Shown: positions 29,832 to 40,535, counted from the first letter of the stretch. The stretch: 64,000 nucleotides of DNA from an uncultured Gammaproteobacteria bacterium (GCA_937894085.1 CALCSG010000430.1:97-64096), one strand, 5' to 3'. Made by a program: numbers and translations. Notes: a model not told the origin generated them from the letters alone.

Positions 29832-30544
29832 ACGGATCCCAGGTATTCTCGAATAGCTTTTTCAGCGGTGTTGTTCAATAGTTTCGAGGTTTCATCTATA
29901 GCGCATACCTTGCCCTGATGGATAAAAGCAGTGCGTTTTGACGCTAGCAGAGCATCTTCCGGTTGATGGCTGACCAGTAATGCGGCCATCGATTTTTGTT
30001 CTACCAGCGATTTTAGTATTTCGATGAGTTCCTGGCGTAAGGCTGGCCCGAGGGCAGCGAAAGGTTCGTCCAGTAAAAGCACTTTTTGCCGGCGAACCAG
30101 GGCGCGTGCTAATGCGACACGTTGTCTTTGTCCACCGGATAACTGGCCTGGCTTACGTTTTTCCAGGCCGTCCAGAGATAATTTTTTTAGCGCATCATGA
30201 ATCTCATCCTGCTGATCGTCAGTTAATTTTAAAGAGGGATTAATGCCCAGGGCGACATTGGTAAAAAGGTCAAGATGGGGGAACAGGTTATGTTGTTGAA
30301 AAACCATCGTCAGTGGGCGTTGAGCCGGACCTAAATTTTGCACAGATTTATCGTCAATTCGAATAATGCCACTTTGTGCGGGTAGAAATCCGGCAATTAA
30401 ATTTAGTAATGTCGATTTGCCGCCACCACTGGGGCCGATAATGCTCAGAATTTCACCGGGTGCTGCGCTCAGGTTAAACAGCATTTCTGTGTTGAGGCCG
30501 CTTTGCGAGTGGTAAACGAACTTGAGCTGTTCAATGTGTAACAT
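29828..30544 (-). CDS. thiQ: thiamine ABC transporter ATP-binding protein
   Basis: Walker A GPSGGGKST, signature LSGGQRQRV and Walker B LLLDEP. The start is placed at MLHIEQ, 12 nt after the thiP stop. Confidence 0.8.
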   Translation of the reverse strand: MLHIEQLKFVYHSQSGLNTEMLFNLSAAPGEILSIIGPSGGGKSTLLNLIAGFLPAQSGIIRIDDKSVQNLGPAQRPLTMVFQQHNLFPHLDLFTNVALGINPSLKLTDDQQDEIHDALKKLSLDGLEKRKPGQLSGGQRQRVALARALVRRQKVLLLDEPFAALGPALRQELIEILKSLVEQKSMAALLVSHQPEDALLASKRTAFIHQGKVCAIDETSKLLNNTAEKAIREYLGSV

Positions 30545-32105
30545 CTTTTCTTCCGCCCAGACCACGTTCCAGAGACCAGAATACCAGTAGGCATAACAGT
30601 AATAAAAATAAAGCAGTTACCGCCGCCTGAGGTATCCTGTATGCCCCAAGTTGCTGATATAACATTAATGGTAAGGTTGTTGTATCGGCCGAGCCGAAAA
30701 GGGCTATCACTCCTAAATCTCCCATCGCCAGAGCCGACACCAGAGCAGCGGCTAATCCCAGCGGTTTGCGTAGCAGTGGCCAGTCTACCCGGCGCCATTT
30801 ATTCCAGCCGTGAAGCGCAAGGCTATTGCAGAGGTTGTCGTAGCGCATCTGATTTTTGCGCATGACCGGACTCAATACTTTAATTACAAATGGTAAGCCC
30901 ATCATGGAATTGATCAATATAACAATGGGGAATACCCAGTCGGCAATAACAACATGTTGCGATAGTAATACAAAATACCCTGTGCCCAGAATGAGTGGAG
31001 GCACGACGTAAACGACAGATCCCACCAGTTCCAGCCATTTTGCCTGGCGAATTTTTCCATGATTTGCAAGAACGCTACTGGTGCGTAGCAATAGCCAGCC
31101 GGCCAGCACAGAGCAAAAAGCGGCAGCAAAACCAATTAGCAGCGTATAAGTAGCCGCCAACCAGAGTTTATTGTCGCTTAACACATCTATGACCGGTCCA
31201 CGTAGGGCATCGAAGATCATCGCCAATAACGGCATGCCGATAAAAGCGGCAGTAACTAAAATCACCGAGTTATGATAAAGACGATTGCTCGCAGCACCAG
31301 CTTGACTATTAACAGAGATGCTGATTTCAACCTCCGGTAGTTTCTGCAGGCTCAGGCCAATAACCGCGATTAATAAACACAACATTAACTGTAACAGAGC
31401 CAGTACAACTGCCTGGGTGGGGTCAAAATCAAATCGTAATGACTGGTAAATGGCTACCTCCAGGGTCGAGCTTCGGGGGCCGCCACCGAGTGTTAATACA
31501 ACCGCAAAACTGGTCAGGCATAACATGAAAACAAGTAGCGCGACACCGGGTATATTTTCGCGTAATGTCGGCCATTCTATATGAATCCAGCGTTGCCACG
31601 CGGTAAAACGTAATTGTTCGGCCAGCTGGTCATAATGCTCGGGGATGGCTTGCCATACTGGCAGTAGTAAACGTACTGCCAGTGGCAGGTTGAAAAAAAC
31701 ATGAGCGATCAGGATTCCGTTTAATCCATATAATGAGCGACCTACAGGAAACCAGCCAGCAGAACCATACACTGAGATGATACCCATGACCGCTACAATG
31801 GACGGTACTACCAGCGGCAGGCCAAATAACCTCAGCAATAAATTTCGCAATGGGAAATCACCGCGTTTAGCTATCGAACGGGCAACCAGCAGGGCCAGAG
31901 TCAGACTTATTAAAGTAGATAGAAATGCCTGCCAGAAGCTAAACAATAAAACTCTGCGAATGTAGCTGCTGGACCAGAACTGTAAATCACCAGGCTCAAA
32001 GCCGGGCAGGCGACCTACTGCTAACAGACCGGCCATAGGAGTCAGTACCGCCAGCCCGATAATGGATAGTACCCAGTAGGCTGATACAGGCTGGCGTCTC
32101 ATCAT
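30531..32105 (-). CDS. thiP: thiamine/TPP ABC transporter permease
   Basis: 524 aa. A duplicated six-TM permease module, as in ThiP. Confidence 0.85.
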   Translation of the reverse strand: MMRRQPVSAYWVLSIIGLAVLTPMAGLLAVGRLPGFEPGDLQFWSSSYIRRVLLFSFWQAFLSTLISLTLALLVARSIAKRGDFPLRNLLLRLFGLPLVVPSIVAVMGIISVYGSAGWFPVGRSLYGLNGILIAHVFFNLPLAVRLLLPVWQAIPEHYDQLAEQLRFTAWQRWIHIEWPTLRENIPGVALLVFMLCLTSFAVVLTLGGGPRSSTLEVAIYQSLRFDFDPTQAVVLALLQLMLCLLIAVIGLSLQKLPEVEISISVNSQAGAASNRLYHNSVILVTAAFIGMPLLAMIFDALRGPVIDVLSDNKLWLAATYTLLIGFAAAFCSVLAGWLLLRTSSVLANHGKIRQAKWLELVGSVVYVVPPLILGTGYFVLLSQHVVIADWVFPIVILINSMMGLPFVIKVLSPVMRKNQMRYDNLCNSLALHGWNKWRRVDWPLLRKPLGLAAALVSALAMGDLGVIALFGSADTTTLPLMLYQQLGAYRIPQAAVTALFLLLLCLLVFWSLERGLGGRKDVTH

Positions 32106-32109
32106 TTAT

Positions 32110-33117
32110 CTACCTGGTCATTGCCTCGAGCCATTCATTGACCCATGATTTACGCTTACTGGCAATAATACTGTCTTCAAATAACAGTGATGGAGAGGGG
32201 TCGATCAGATTGCTGAATCCATCCGGTAAGCTGGCACTTTCCATAAATGCCGGATACATCCAGTTGGTTTGCGGAATAATGTTCTGGAAATCCTGACTCA
32301 ACATAAATTGTAAGAACTGTTTTGATAATTCTTTGTGGTTACTGGATTTGAGCAAACCTGCAACTTCAATTTGTTGATAGTGACCTTCAGTAAATCGGGC
32401 GGCAGCAAATCGTTCATCTTTTTCTGCAATAATATGGTAGGCGGGTGAGGTGGTGTAACTCAGTACCATATCCGCTTCGCCTTTGAGGAATAGACCGTAG
32501 GCTTCGCTCCAGCCCTTGCTGACCGTGACAATACGTTCTGATAACTTGTTCCAGGCTTTGTCTGAATTTTCGCCATACACTTTTTTGACCCACAATAGCA
32601 GTCCCAGGCCGGGTGTACTGGTGCGTGGATCCTGAATCAGGATGCTGGGTCCATCTGGATTTTCTACCAGATCTTTCAGGCTGGAGGGAGGGGTCTTCAA
32701 TAATTCCCTGTTATAGACAAATGCAAAATAACCGAAGTCGTATGGCACAAAAATTTGATCTGTCCAGCTCTGCGGGAGTGACGATTCAGGTATGCTTAAA
32801 GTATGGGCTTCAAAAAGTCCGGTCTCACGTGCTTCGGCCGTCAGGTTGGTATCAATACCCAGAACAATGTCTGCCCTGGTGTTTTTACCTTCCAGTTTGA
32901 GCCTGTTTAACAATGAAACGCCATCTTCAAGTCCTACCAGTTCCAATGTGCAATTACACTGTTTTTCGAAAGCCTGCTTAACTTTGGGCCCAGGCCCCCA
33001 GTCACTGGTGAAAGAGTCGTATGTATAAATAGTTAGTAAGGGTTTTTCAGCCAGTGCAGGAAAGGCAAAAAGCAGGGCCAGCATTGTGCCGGTCAGCAAT
33101 TTGTGTGAAAAATTCAT
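32110..33117 (-). CDS. thiB: thiamine ABC transporter periplasmic binding protein
   Basis: Signal peptide MNFSHKLLTGTMLALLFAFPALA and a TbpA-like fold. A GGAG ribosome-binding site lies upstream. A TPP riboswitch sits in the 5' leader. Confidence 0.8.
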   Translation of the reverse strand: MNFSHKLLTGTMLALLFAFPALAEKPLLTIYTYDSFTSDWGPGPKVKQAFEKQCNCTLELVGLEDGVSLLNRLKLEGKNTRADIVLGIDTNLTAEARETGLFEAHTLSIPESSLPQSWTDQIFVPYDFGYFAFVYNRELLKTPPSSLKDLVENPDGPSILIQDPRTSTPGLGLLLWVKKVYGENSDKAWNKLSERIVTVSKGWSEAYGLFLKGEADMVLSYTTSPAYHIIAEKDERFAAARFTEGHYQQIEVAGLLKSSNHKELSKQFLQFMLSQDFQNIIPQTNWMYPAFMESASLPDGFSNLIDPSPSLLFEDSIIASKRKSWVNEWLEAMTR

Positions 33118-33169
33118 TTTGTTCTCCATTAAAAAATCAAAAAACGGAGAGATGCGGAATTTTAAGGAT

Positions 33170-33425
33170 TCGCTCACATCCCTACGCCAGTATTAACTGG
33201 ATCAGGTTCATCGGGTTGGTTAGCCTGGATAAATCAGTTGAACCACGAAAGCCTACGCAAGGCCTTAATGCGCCTGCTAAAATGAAAAACACTCTTTTCA
33301 CCAATCAGGTGACTACGGTGTTTTTCATTTCACCATGCACATCAATTCCTTACATATCCTTTTCGCGCTCAACAAATTTTTCCAGGGTTAATCTCTCAGC
33401 TCATGTGAGCACCCCGTTGAGGAAT
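33170..33425 (-). ncRNA. TPP (THI-box) riboswitch, atypical/split architecture
   Basis: Minus-strand 5' half GGGGTGCTCACATGAGCTGAGAGATTAACCC covers P2, P3 and the CUGAGA junction (plus coordinates 33385-33415). A canonical 3' half GAACCTGATCCAGTTAATACTGGCGTAGGGA lies at 33179-33209. About 175 nt separate them and include a perfect 13-bp hairpin. Confidence 0.55.
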
Positions 33426-33601
33426 GCGTAATATATTCCCAGATGGCTAATTGATCAAGAAAACCAGAATTTTCTTATTTAATGGTGCTGGAAAAGTATA
33501 ATTTCGTTGGATATTAATTTTTTCATTAAAATGTAGAGTAATTTAATATAATTCATGGTAAAATCTGCGCCCAATTTTTTTTAGGCCGTGAGATAAATTT
33601 A

Positions 33602-34375
33602 GTGAGAGCAGATATAGATATTCAGCTGAAAGTTTGGAAAGACCTTGCTCTTAGTAAACAGTTATTAATGAGTGCTGCAACAGAAGCTCTTGGTCTAAAT
33701 GCTGAATGTAGTACAACCGAATTAAGACAGGCGCTTGATGACGCTATTAAACGAGCAAAAGAAGCAGATGCCAATATCGCAGAAACTCTTGAAAAGACTG
33801 TAAAAGAAGTCGCTGAGATGAAACAGCTGGTCGTCACCAGTGATAAGGCGCGTATTGCAGCCGAAGAGCATATCGCTATCGCAGATAAAGCACGGGAATC
33901 AGCTGAGCGCTCAATGTCCACTGTCAAAGCTGAAAGTAGCGATGTCGTCAAAAAAGCTAAAGCCGATGTCGTCGATAAGCAAAATAAACTTAAAGCTATT
34001 TCAAAAGCACTTGCCGACACGCCCGAAAATGTCATCAAAAAGCTAAAAAATCTGAAGAAGCAAAAGTTTGACGAAGCAAAATTACGCACTCTGGCTGAAA
34101 CTCAGCTGAAAGCTGTTCGTAAGGAAAAAACTGAGCTGGAATCTGAGCTCGAAAAACAAAAAGCTCTGGTTGAGCAAGCTGCTACTCTGGTTGAAAAAGT
34201 TCGAGAATTACACTCAGTATGTAATAATCAGCACACTAAAATTAAATCACTTAGTGATGATGAGAAAGATCTGTTTGAAGTTCCTGAAATTGATGAGGAA
34301 CTGTTAAAGGCTATAAAGCCTGAAGATACTGAAGAAAACGAAAACGAAAACGAAAAGAAAAAGAAAAAGAAATAG
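33602..34375 (+). CDS. hypothetical coiled-coil protein with Lys/Glu-rich tail
   Basis: 257 aa, almost entirely heptad-like A/E/K-rich helix, ending in ENENENEKKKKKK. It starts at a GTG with a weak ribosome-binding site. The antisense ORF 33622-34089 is probably an artefact. Confidence 0.4.
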   Translation: MRADIDIQLKVWKDLALSKQLLMSAATEALGLNAECSTTELRQALDDAIKRAKEADANIAETLEKTVKEVAEMKQLVVTSDKARIAAEEHIAIADKARESAERSMSTVKAESSDVVKKAKADVVDKQNKLKAISKALADTPENVIKKLKNLKKQKFDEAKLRTLAETQLKAVRKEKTELESELEKQKALVEQAATLVEKVRELHSVCNNQHTKIKSLSDDEKDLFEVPEIDEELLKAIKPEDTEENENENEKKKKKK

Positions 34376-34481
34376 GAAGTGGTAGGGGGTATTACTGCTC
34401 CTCGAAAAAAAATTGACTAGTTTTTGGCTGAAATAAGCTTAGATAATTACTTCCTGTTTTTTAATTTTTTTTGTGAGACGT

Positions 34482-35438
34482 TCAACGCCTGCTTTGAATT
34501 ATATTAGTGAGCGTTGATGCCAGTTCAAGTGGTTCAAACTTGGGCACATAAGCATCAGCACCGACGCCTTTACCAAGGGCCTGATTCGCTTCTGCTGAAA
34601 GAGATGAATGCATAATCACCGGTATTTTTGCAAAGCGGGCATCCTGCTTGATGTTGCGGGTTAACACGTAACCATCCATTTCTGGCATTTCAACATCGGT
34701 AATGACGATGGATATTTTTTCAGAAACAGGATCTCCATTTATTTCTGCCTGCTCAGCAAGTTCATTTAGTTTCTTCCATGCTTCTGCACCATTATTGGTG
34801 CTGATATAATTGATTCCCATATGTTTAAGCGTATCCATAATTTGTTGCCTGGCTATACGTGAATCATCGGCAAATAAAATCGTTATGTTCTTTCCATCTT
34901 CAAGCTCATCAATGCCCGTAAACAGGTCATCATTATTATAAAATTCTGCCGTTTCAGCTAACACTCTCTCAACATCCATGATTAAAACCAGACTTTTGTC
35001 TTCCAGTTCGGTGACCGCCGTCACCAGACCTCCCAGTCGATTTGCCAGCATTTGAGGTGGTTCTTTTACGTCTTCCCAGTTTAATCGTTTAATGGTATCG
35101 ACGGACTTAACCAGAAACCCCTGAACATGTTTGTTATATTCAGTAATCATTAAAATTTCTGGCTTATCATCAGTATTAATACCGCAAAATTTTTGCAGAT
35201 TAATCACCGGAACCATCACGCCCCGTAAGCCTACTATTCCTTCGACACCTGCCGGCATATCGGGAGCACGGGTTATGTCAGGAATATGCATAACTTCTCT
35301 AACTTTAAAAACATTAATCCCGAACAATTCATTGCGTCCGGTTTCTAAATCTTTTCCCAGATTAAACAACAGTACTTCTAACCGGTTAGTACCTGCCAGG
35401 CGAGTACGTTCATCTATTGATTTCATTAAATCGGACAT
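34482..35438 (-). CDS. cheV: chemotaxis protein CheV (CheW-like + receiver domain)
   Basis: N-terminal CheW domain. The C-terminal REC domain has an acidic pocket (ILFADDS ... DVEMPEMDG). Confidence 0.85.
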   Translation of the reverse strand: MSDLMKSIDERTRLAGTNRLEVLLFNLGKDLETGRNELFGINVFKVREVMHIPDITRAPDMPAGVEGIVGLRGVMVPVINLQKFCGINTDDKPEILMITEYNKHVQGFLVKSVDTIKRLNWEDVKEPPQMLANRLGGLVTAVTELEDKSLVLIMDVERVLAETAEFYNNDDLFTGIDELEDGKNITILFADDSRIARQQIMDTLKHMGINYISTNNGAEAWKKLNELAEQAEINGDPVSEKISIVITDVEMPEMDGYVLTRNIKQDARFAKIPVIMHSSLSAEANQALGKGVGADAYVPKFEPLELASTLTNIIQSRR

Positions 35439-35746
35439 TATTTATCTCCAAAAATTTTCTTTCGGCTCGATTTCTGGTTTCGTTAATGAAATCATTCAAT
35501 CACCCGTTAACTGTTAGAATTGTATCGGCAAAACCTCAACAATCTTTAATGAAGGTTTAGGTATTAGCTTTCAATTCAAATTGAATCCGTAGCAATTACT
35601 TTCTGCTATCATGAAATTACGGATTCAGGTTTAATTCTATTGATGACTTATAGTTGATGATTCAATAGTTGTTTTGTTTTTATCTGAAAATATCACTAGT
35701 GATGCGCCAATAATACTGAGTTTTGCCGGTTCTAACTCGGGCTTGA

Positions 35747-36487
35747 TTAAAAAAGCTGGCGGCCTCCGTCAACAGCAATAATTTGACCGTTTATATAATC
35801 GCTGGTTGCCAGAAACAGGATGGTATTTGCAATGTCTGTGGGCTTTCCTGCTCGCCTTAAAGGGATTTCCTGTAGAATATTTTGTTGAGTTTGACTATCC
35901 AGTTCATTTACGTCTTCCGGCCACAGGATGGCTCCGGGAGCAATGGCATTAACCCGTACATCTGGTCCCATTTCCTGTGCCAGAGAAAGAGTAAGCATGA
36001 TATTGGCTGCTTTGGCACAGGAGTAGGTAATATAATCCTTGAGTGGAGAACGAGCATGTATATCGGCCATGTTAATAATCGTTCCTTTGCTCTGTTTAAG
36101 GGCTGGATAGCAAGCTTGCGATAGAAACAGCGGCGCCTTGATATTAGTGCCCATGAGGTCATTCCAGTTGTCCTCATCAATGCTGCCCAATGGAGTGGGA
36201 TAAAATGTTGAAGCGTTATTGACCAGGATATCGAGGCTATCGAAGGCATTACTGGCCTGTTTCGCAAGCTTATTGATTTCATCAATATTTAACAGGTTTG
36301 CCTGTAATGCGATCGCAGAATTTGCTCGCCTGAGATTTAAAGTTGTAACTAAAGCTTTTGCATCTGTATCCGATTTTCCATAATGAATGATGATGTTCGC
36401 ACCATTTTCATGTAAAGTCTTCGCGCTTTGTGCGCCTATACGACGCGCTGCACCTGTTATTAAGGCTGTTTTACCTGCTAGTTTCAT
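35747..36487 (-). CDS. SDR-family pteridine reductase-like oxidoreductase
   Basis: Rossmann motif TGAARRIG, catalytic YSCAKAA, and NAIAPGAILWPE as in PTR1/FolM. Confidence 0.7.
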   Translation of the reverse strand: MKLAGKTALITGAARRIGAQSAKTLHENGANIIIHYGKSDTDAKALVTTLNLRRANSAIALQANLLNIDEINKLAKQASNAFDSLDILVNNASTFYPTPLGSIDEDNWNDLMGTNIKAPLFLSQACYPALKQSKGTIINMADIHARSPLKDYITYSCAKAANIMLTLSLAQEMGPDVRVNAIAPGAILWPEDVNELDSQTQQNILQEIPLRRAGKPTDIANTILFLATSDYINGQIIAVDGGRQLF

Positions 36488-36511
36488 CTGATTGCTTCTA
36501 TAAGAGATTTA

Positions 36512-37672
36512 TTGTTTAACATGTCATCATATCATTCCGGCATCGAGTTACCAGTTCCAGGTACTGAACAGATTGAACATAGTAGTCTGTTGATTGATGC
36601 AATCCTTCAACATATCCAGTCGTCTGGCGGGGTAATTTCTTTTCGCGACTATATGCAGCATTGTCTGTATCAGCCCGGTCTGGGATATTACAGCGCAGGT
36701 TCGACCAAATTTGGTGCTGGTGGCGATTTTGTAACAGCACCAGAGGTGTCTACCTTATTTGGCCAATGCCTGGCGAATCAAGGCTGTGCTTTGTTTGCTC
36801 AGGGTCTGCAAAAAAACATTTTTGAATTTGGAGCGGGTAGCGGAAAATTATGCGTGGATATTATTCGACATCTGAATAACCTGGGTATTGACTGGTCAGG
36901 TTACCAGATTCTGGAACTAAGCAGTGATTTGCAACAGCGCCAGAAGATGTTTATTCAACAACAGCTTTCGCCAAATGACTTAAACAAAATTCACTGGCTG
37001 TCTAACTTACCTCAGCATTTTAATGGGCTGGTAATAGGTAATGAAGTACTCGATGCTATGCCAATCAATGTGGTGATAAAAAATGATGGTTGGGTCGAGC
37101 TGGGAGTTGCTTTTAATGGGCAGAAGTTTGAATGGGTGGAATTTTCCCGAAATAGTGAAGCAGTGCAGAGAATGCGCCAAATCGATTTGCATAATAGTCT
37201 AGCTGAACAATATTGCAGTGAAGTTAATCTAAATTACGAACCCTGGTTTAAAAGTCTGCAGCAAAGTTGCGATAAGGCGGTCGTGTTGTTGATAGATTAT
37301 GGTTATGAGCAAAAGCAGTACTACCATGTTCAGAGAACTACCGGTACATTAGTTTGTTTCTATCAGCACCGTGTACACCCCGACCCGTTTATATATCCAG
37401 GGTTGCAGGATATTACGGCGTTTGTTGATTTTGATGCAGTAGCAGAGGCTGCCGAAAACGCAGGATTTAGTATCAGTGGCTTAACCACGCAGGCTAAATT
37501 TTTAATGTCCAATGGATTATTGAAATTAATGCCAGCAGATCAAACCGATGAAATATTACAGCTGGAAATGTCCCAACAGATTAAGACTCTGACCCTACCG
37601 GGTGAAATGGGTGAAAAGTTTAAAGTAATCAGCCTGCAAAAAGATCTCAATTTAGAAATCACTGGGATATAG
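36512..37672 (+). CDS. class I SAM-dependent methyltransferase, MidA/NDUFAF7 (COG1565) family
   Basis: GDFVTAPEVSTLFG and EFGAGSGKL motifs. 386 aa. Confidence 0.65.
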   Translation: MFNMSSYHSGIELPVPGTEQIEHSSLLIDAILQHIQSSGGVISFRDYMQHCLYQPGLGYYSAGSTKFGAGGDFVTAPEVSTLFGQCLANQGCALFAQGLQKNIFEFGAGSGKLCVDIIRHLNNLGIDWSGYQILELSSDLQQRQKMFIQQQLSPNDLNKIHWLSNLPQHFNGLVIGNEVLDAMPINVVIKNDGWVELGVAFNGQKFEWVEFSRNSEAVQRMRQIDLHNSLAEQYCSEVNLNYEPWFKSLQQSCDKAVVLLIDYGYEQKQYYHVQRTTGTLVCFYQHRVHPDPFIYPGLQDITAFVDFDAVAEAAENAGFSISGLTTQAKFLMSNGLLKLMPADQTDEILQLEMSQQIKTLTLPGEMGEKFKVISLQKDLNLEITGI

Positions 37673-37857
37673 TGACTGGTTTACCTAAAAAGTATTCACC
37701 ACGTAGAACACCATCAATTAAATGAGTGGCTACAGTTGTTTGTGTTTGGGGCTCTTTGCTACAAAAAAATCTATTTTAAAGAATTTGAACCGGATTTTGC
37801 CTCGTGCTCTGCGTGGCTTCGAGGTGAAAATATGAGTTTAACTAACTAAAAAATATT

Positions 37858-38655
37858 ATGGATACACTACAGATAATAATTCTTGCACTGGTGCAGGGCT
37901 TAACCGAATTTTTGCCGATCTCCAGCTCCGCACATTTAATCCTGGTGCCTGTTATTCTAAAATGGCCGGATCAGGGGCTTATCTTCGATGTGGCCATGCA
38001 CCTAGGGTCGCTTACTGCTGTTCTGGTATATTTTCGCGTCGAAGTTCTTAATATGACAACGGCCTGGTTTGCTAGTGTGTTGAAGCAGCAGCATAATCAG
38101 AATAGCCGCCTGGCATGGTGGGTAATAATCGGCACAATACCGGCAGTGATTGCTGGTCTGTTATTTAAAGATATTATAGAAACTGACCTGCGTTCGCCAT
38201 TAGTAATCGCAACTACGACAATTGTTTTTGGGTTGTTACTGGGGTATGCCGATAAGGTGAAACGGCATACTCGTGATGAGTACAGCCTGACATTAAAAGA
38301 TGTTTTGTTTGTGGGTGTATTACAGGCCCTGGCGTTGATTCCCGGAACTTCGCGTTCGGGTATTACCATGACAGCAGGGCTTTTCCTGGGATTGAAAGGT
38401 GATGCTGCAGCACGATTTTCTTTCCTGCTGTCTATTCCTGTCATTATTGCCAGTGGCGTATTCAAAACCAAAGATCTGATTGAGTCTCAACTGCCGGTTG
38501 ACTGGGCCCTGTTAATACTAGCGGTTGCTCTTTCTGCAATTAGCGCATGGTTCTGTATTCATTTGTTTCTGAAATTAATCAATCGAATCGGCATGATGCC
38601 TTTTGTTTACTATCGTCTGGTATTAGGTTGTTTTCTATTTTATTTATTCATCTAA
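37858..38655 (+). CDS. uppP: undecaprenyl-diphosphate phosphatase
   Basis: LVQGLTEFLPISSSAHL and PGTSRSG motifs, with eight transmembrane helices. Confidence 0.9.
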   Translation: MDTLQIIILALVQGLTEFLPISSSAHLILVPVILKWPDQGLIFDVAMHLGSLTAVLVYFRVEVLNMTTAWFASVLKQQHNQNSRLAWWVIIGTIPAVIAGLLFKDIIETDLRSPLVIATTTIVFGLLLGYADKVKRHTRDEYSLTLKDVLFVGVLQALALIPGTSRSGITMTAGLFLGLKGDAAARFSFLLSIPVIIASGVFKTKDLIESQLPVDWALLILAVALSAISAWFCIHLFLKLINRIGMMPFVYYRLVLGCFLFYLFI

Positions 38656-38669
38656 GTCGTGGAATGAGC

Positions 38670-40535
38670 TTAAATTTCAAATTGACTGACTTTCTGCTTT
38701 AAAGTCTCGGCCAGGTTGATCAGCTCTTTGCTGGAATTGACAGTTGTTTTATTGCCTTCTACGGTAGATTCAGTTGCCAAATTAATATCCTGGACTAAAT
38801 TCTGCATGGATCTGGAAAGTGACATCTGATTCCCGGCAGCAATGGAAATGTGTTTACTTTTTTCATTGATAGTATTCATGGTTGTGGCGATCAGATTAAA
38901 TGAATTATCTGCTTCATTGACGATATCTACTCCTTTATCAACCTGATTGCTGCTAATTCCCATTTTGCTGACAGCATCGCTGGCTCCTTTTTGCAGTGCA
39001 TCAATCATGGTTTCTATTTCACTGGTAGATTGCTGGGTCCTACTGGCCAGGGTTCTAACTTCATCAGCTACCACAGCAAAACCACGTCCCTGTTCACCAG
39101 CTCTGGCCGCTTCAATGGCTGCATTCAGGGCTAGCAGGTTGGTCTGTTCCGCAATACCTTTAATGACATCGAGAACCGATCCGATATTTTCAGTACCGCT
39201 CTGTACTTCTTTAACGACTATTTCAGCCTGATGGACCTGGTTTGATATATTCTTAATGGTTTCTACGCCATCTTTTACGATTTTCCGTCCCTTGTTCACC
39301 TCGTTGTCGGCCTGGTTTGAATTTTCTGTCGACTCAGCGGCAGATTCGGTGACATCATTAGATGCCTGTATTAATTCATCAATATTACCGACCATTTGTT
39401 GAGTGACGTAAGTCTGACTGGATACTCTTGCTATGGATTCGTGAGTGACTTTATCGAGGTTTCCGGCAGAGATTTCAATTTGTTGTGTTGCGGCATTGAT
39501 ATCTTCGATCATGCTTCTTAATTTTGCCTGCATGTTATTCAGTCCCTTCAATAATTCACCAAATTCACCGCTATGGTTTATGTTTATATTATCGGTCAGA
39601 TTTCCGGCAGAAATCTGGCTCATATGTTTCAGGCAGCTTTCCATCGGTTTGAATGAGCGAACAATAAACCAGTAAATAAAAACCATGCAAAATATGAATG
39701 CTATTAATCCGGCGATCACTCCCGTTAAATAAACTTTGGATTGTGTTTGATAACTGTTGGTGTAATCGGTAGCAGTGAGTATATTTCCTATTTGTGTCCG
39801 GGTGCTATCCAATAGTGGTAGCTGGACCAGGCTCATTATTTGATCACCAATAGTTTGTTTGAATTGAATGGGATTATCTATCGATTCGGAGTCAATTTGA
39901 ATGCTATTGAATTGCTGTTTTGCAGTACTGAACTCCAGTTTTCCGGACTCTGAAAAAATATGAACCTCGGAACCGTCAGTGAGTTTAAAATTCTGAATAG
40001 CAATTTGCAGGTCGATCATATAGACGGCTACACCTGCCAGTTTACCGCGAAAATACAGGGGAAAAGCAACTTCGGCAACCATTAATCCGTCATCATCGCG
40101 TTCAATCCCTTTAAAGATTTTTTTCTCATCGATGACTTTGTTAACTAACGTTTTGTGTGTTTTACCTGAATATTTGTCAGGCGCTGAAAATATGATAGAG
40201 CCGGAGTTATCGGCAATTTGTAAACGACTAATGACGTTAGAGGTGCTTAGGCGGTTAAATGTCGGTAAGCTCGTTTCTGATAGAACTTTCAGATCCAGTT
40301 TTTTTAAGGCTTTTAACGTATCTCTTGAACGCGTCATACTTGAAGTCGATGCTTCCATGTTTTCCAGTTGTACCTGGATCACCTTTTGCCAAAGCACGCT
40401 TTTACCTCTGACAGCTTCTTCACTAAATCGTTTGTCGGTAATATCCAGTGATATATAAGCGATGGCAAAGAAAATAGCCATCACCAGAGTGGCGGCTGAA
40501 AATATAAAGGTAATTAAACGTGCTTTGAAGGACAT
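38670..40535 (-). CDS. methyl-accepting chemotaxis protein
   Basis: A periplasmic sensor of about 250 aa sits between two TM helices. The HAMP domain is followed by a highly conserved signalling domain ([31 protein letters not shown]). The ATG lies 1 nt after the rhodanese stop. Confidence 0.85.
   Translation of the reverse strand: MSFKARLITFIFSAATLVMAIFFAIAYISLDITDKRFSEEAVRGKSVLWQKVIQVQLENMEASTSSMTRSRDTLKALKKLDLKVLSETSLPTFNRLSTSNVISRLQIADNSGSIIFSAPDKYSGKTHKTLVNKVIDEKKIFKGIERDDDGLMVAEVAFPLYFRGKLAGVAVYMIDLQIAIQNFKLTDGSEVHIFSESGKLEFSTAKQQFNSIQIDSESIDNPIQFKQTIGDQIMSLVQLPLLDSTRTQIGNILTATDYTNSYQTQSKVYLTGVIAGLIAFIFCMVFIYWFIVRSFKPMESCLKHMSQISAGNLTDNININHSGEFGELLKGLNNMQAKLRSMIEDINAATQQIEISAGNLDKVTHESIARVSSQTYVTQQMVGNIDELIQASNDVTESAAESTENSNQADNEVNKGRKIVKDGVETIKNISNQVHQAEIVVKEVQSGTENIGSVLDVIKGIAEQTNLLALNAAIEAARAGEQGRGFAVVADEVRTLASRTQQSTSEIETMIDALQKGASDAVSKMGISSNQVDKGVDIVNEADNSFNLIATTMNTINEKSKHISIAAGNQMSLSRSMQNLVQDINLATESTVEGNKTTVNSSKELINLAETLKQKVSQFEI

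Noticed and set aside
33170-33330. A second complete TPP riboswitch around the canonical 3' half
   Set aside because: The sequence upstream of it lacks GGGG...CUGAGA (it reads CUAACC). The two-half interpretation is therefore recorded instead, with the tandem-decay alternative noted.
33622-34089. 155-aa minus-strand ORF
   Set aside because: It is the Ser/Ala/Leu-rich antisense shadow of the plus-strand coiled-coil ORF.
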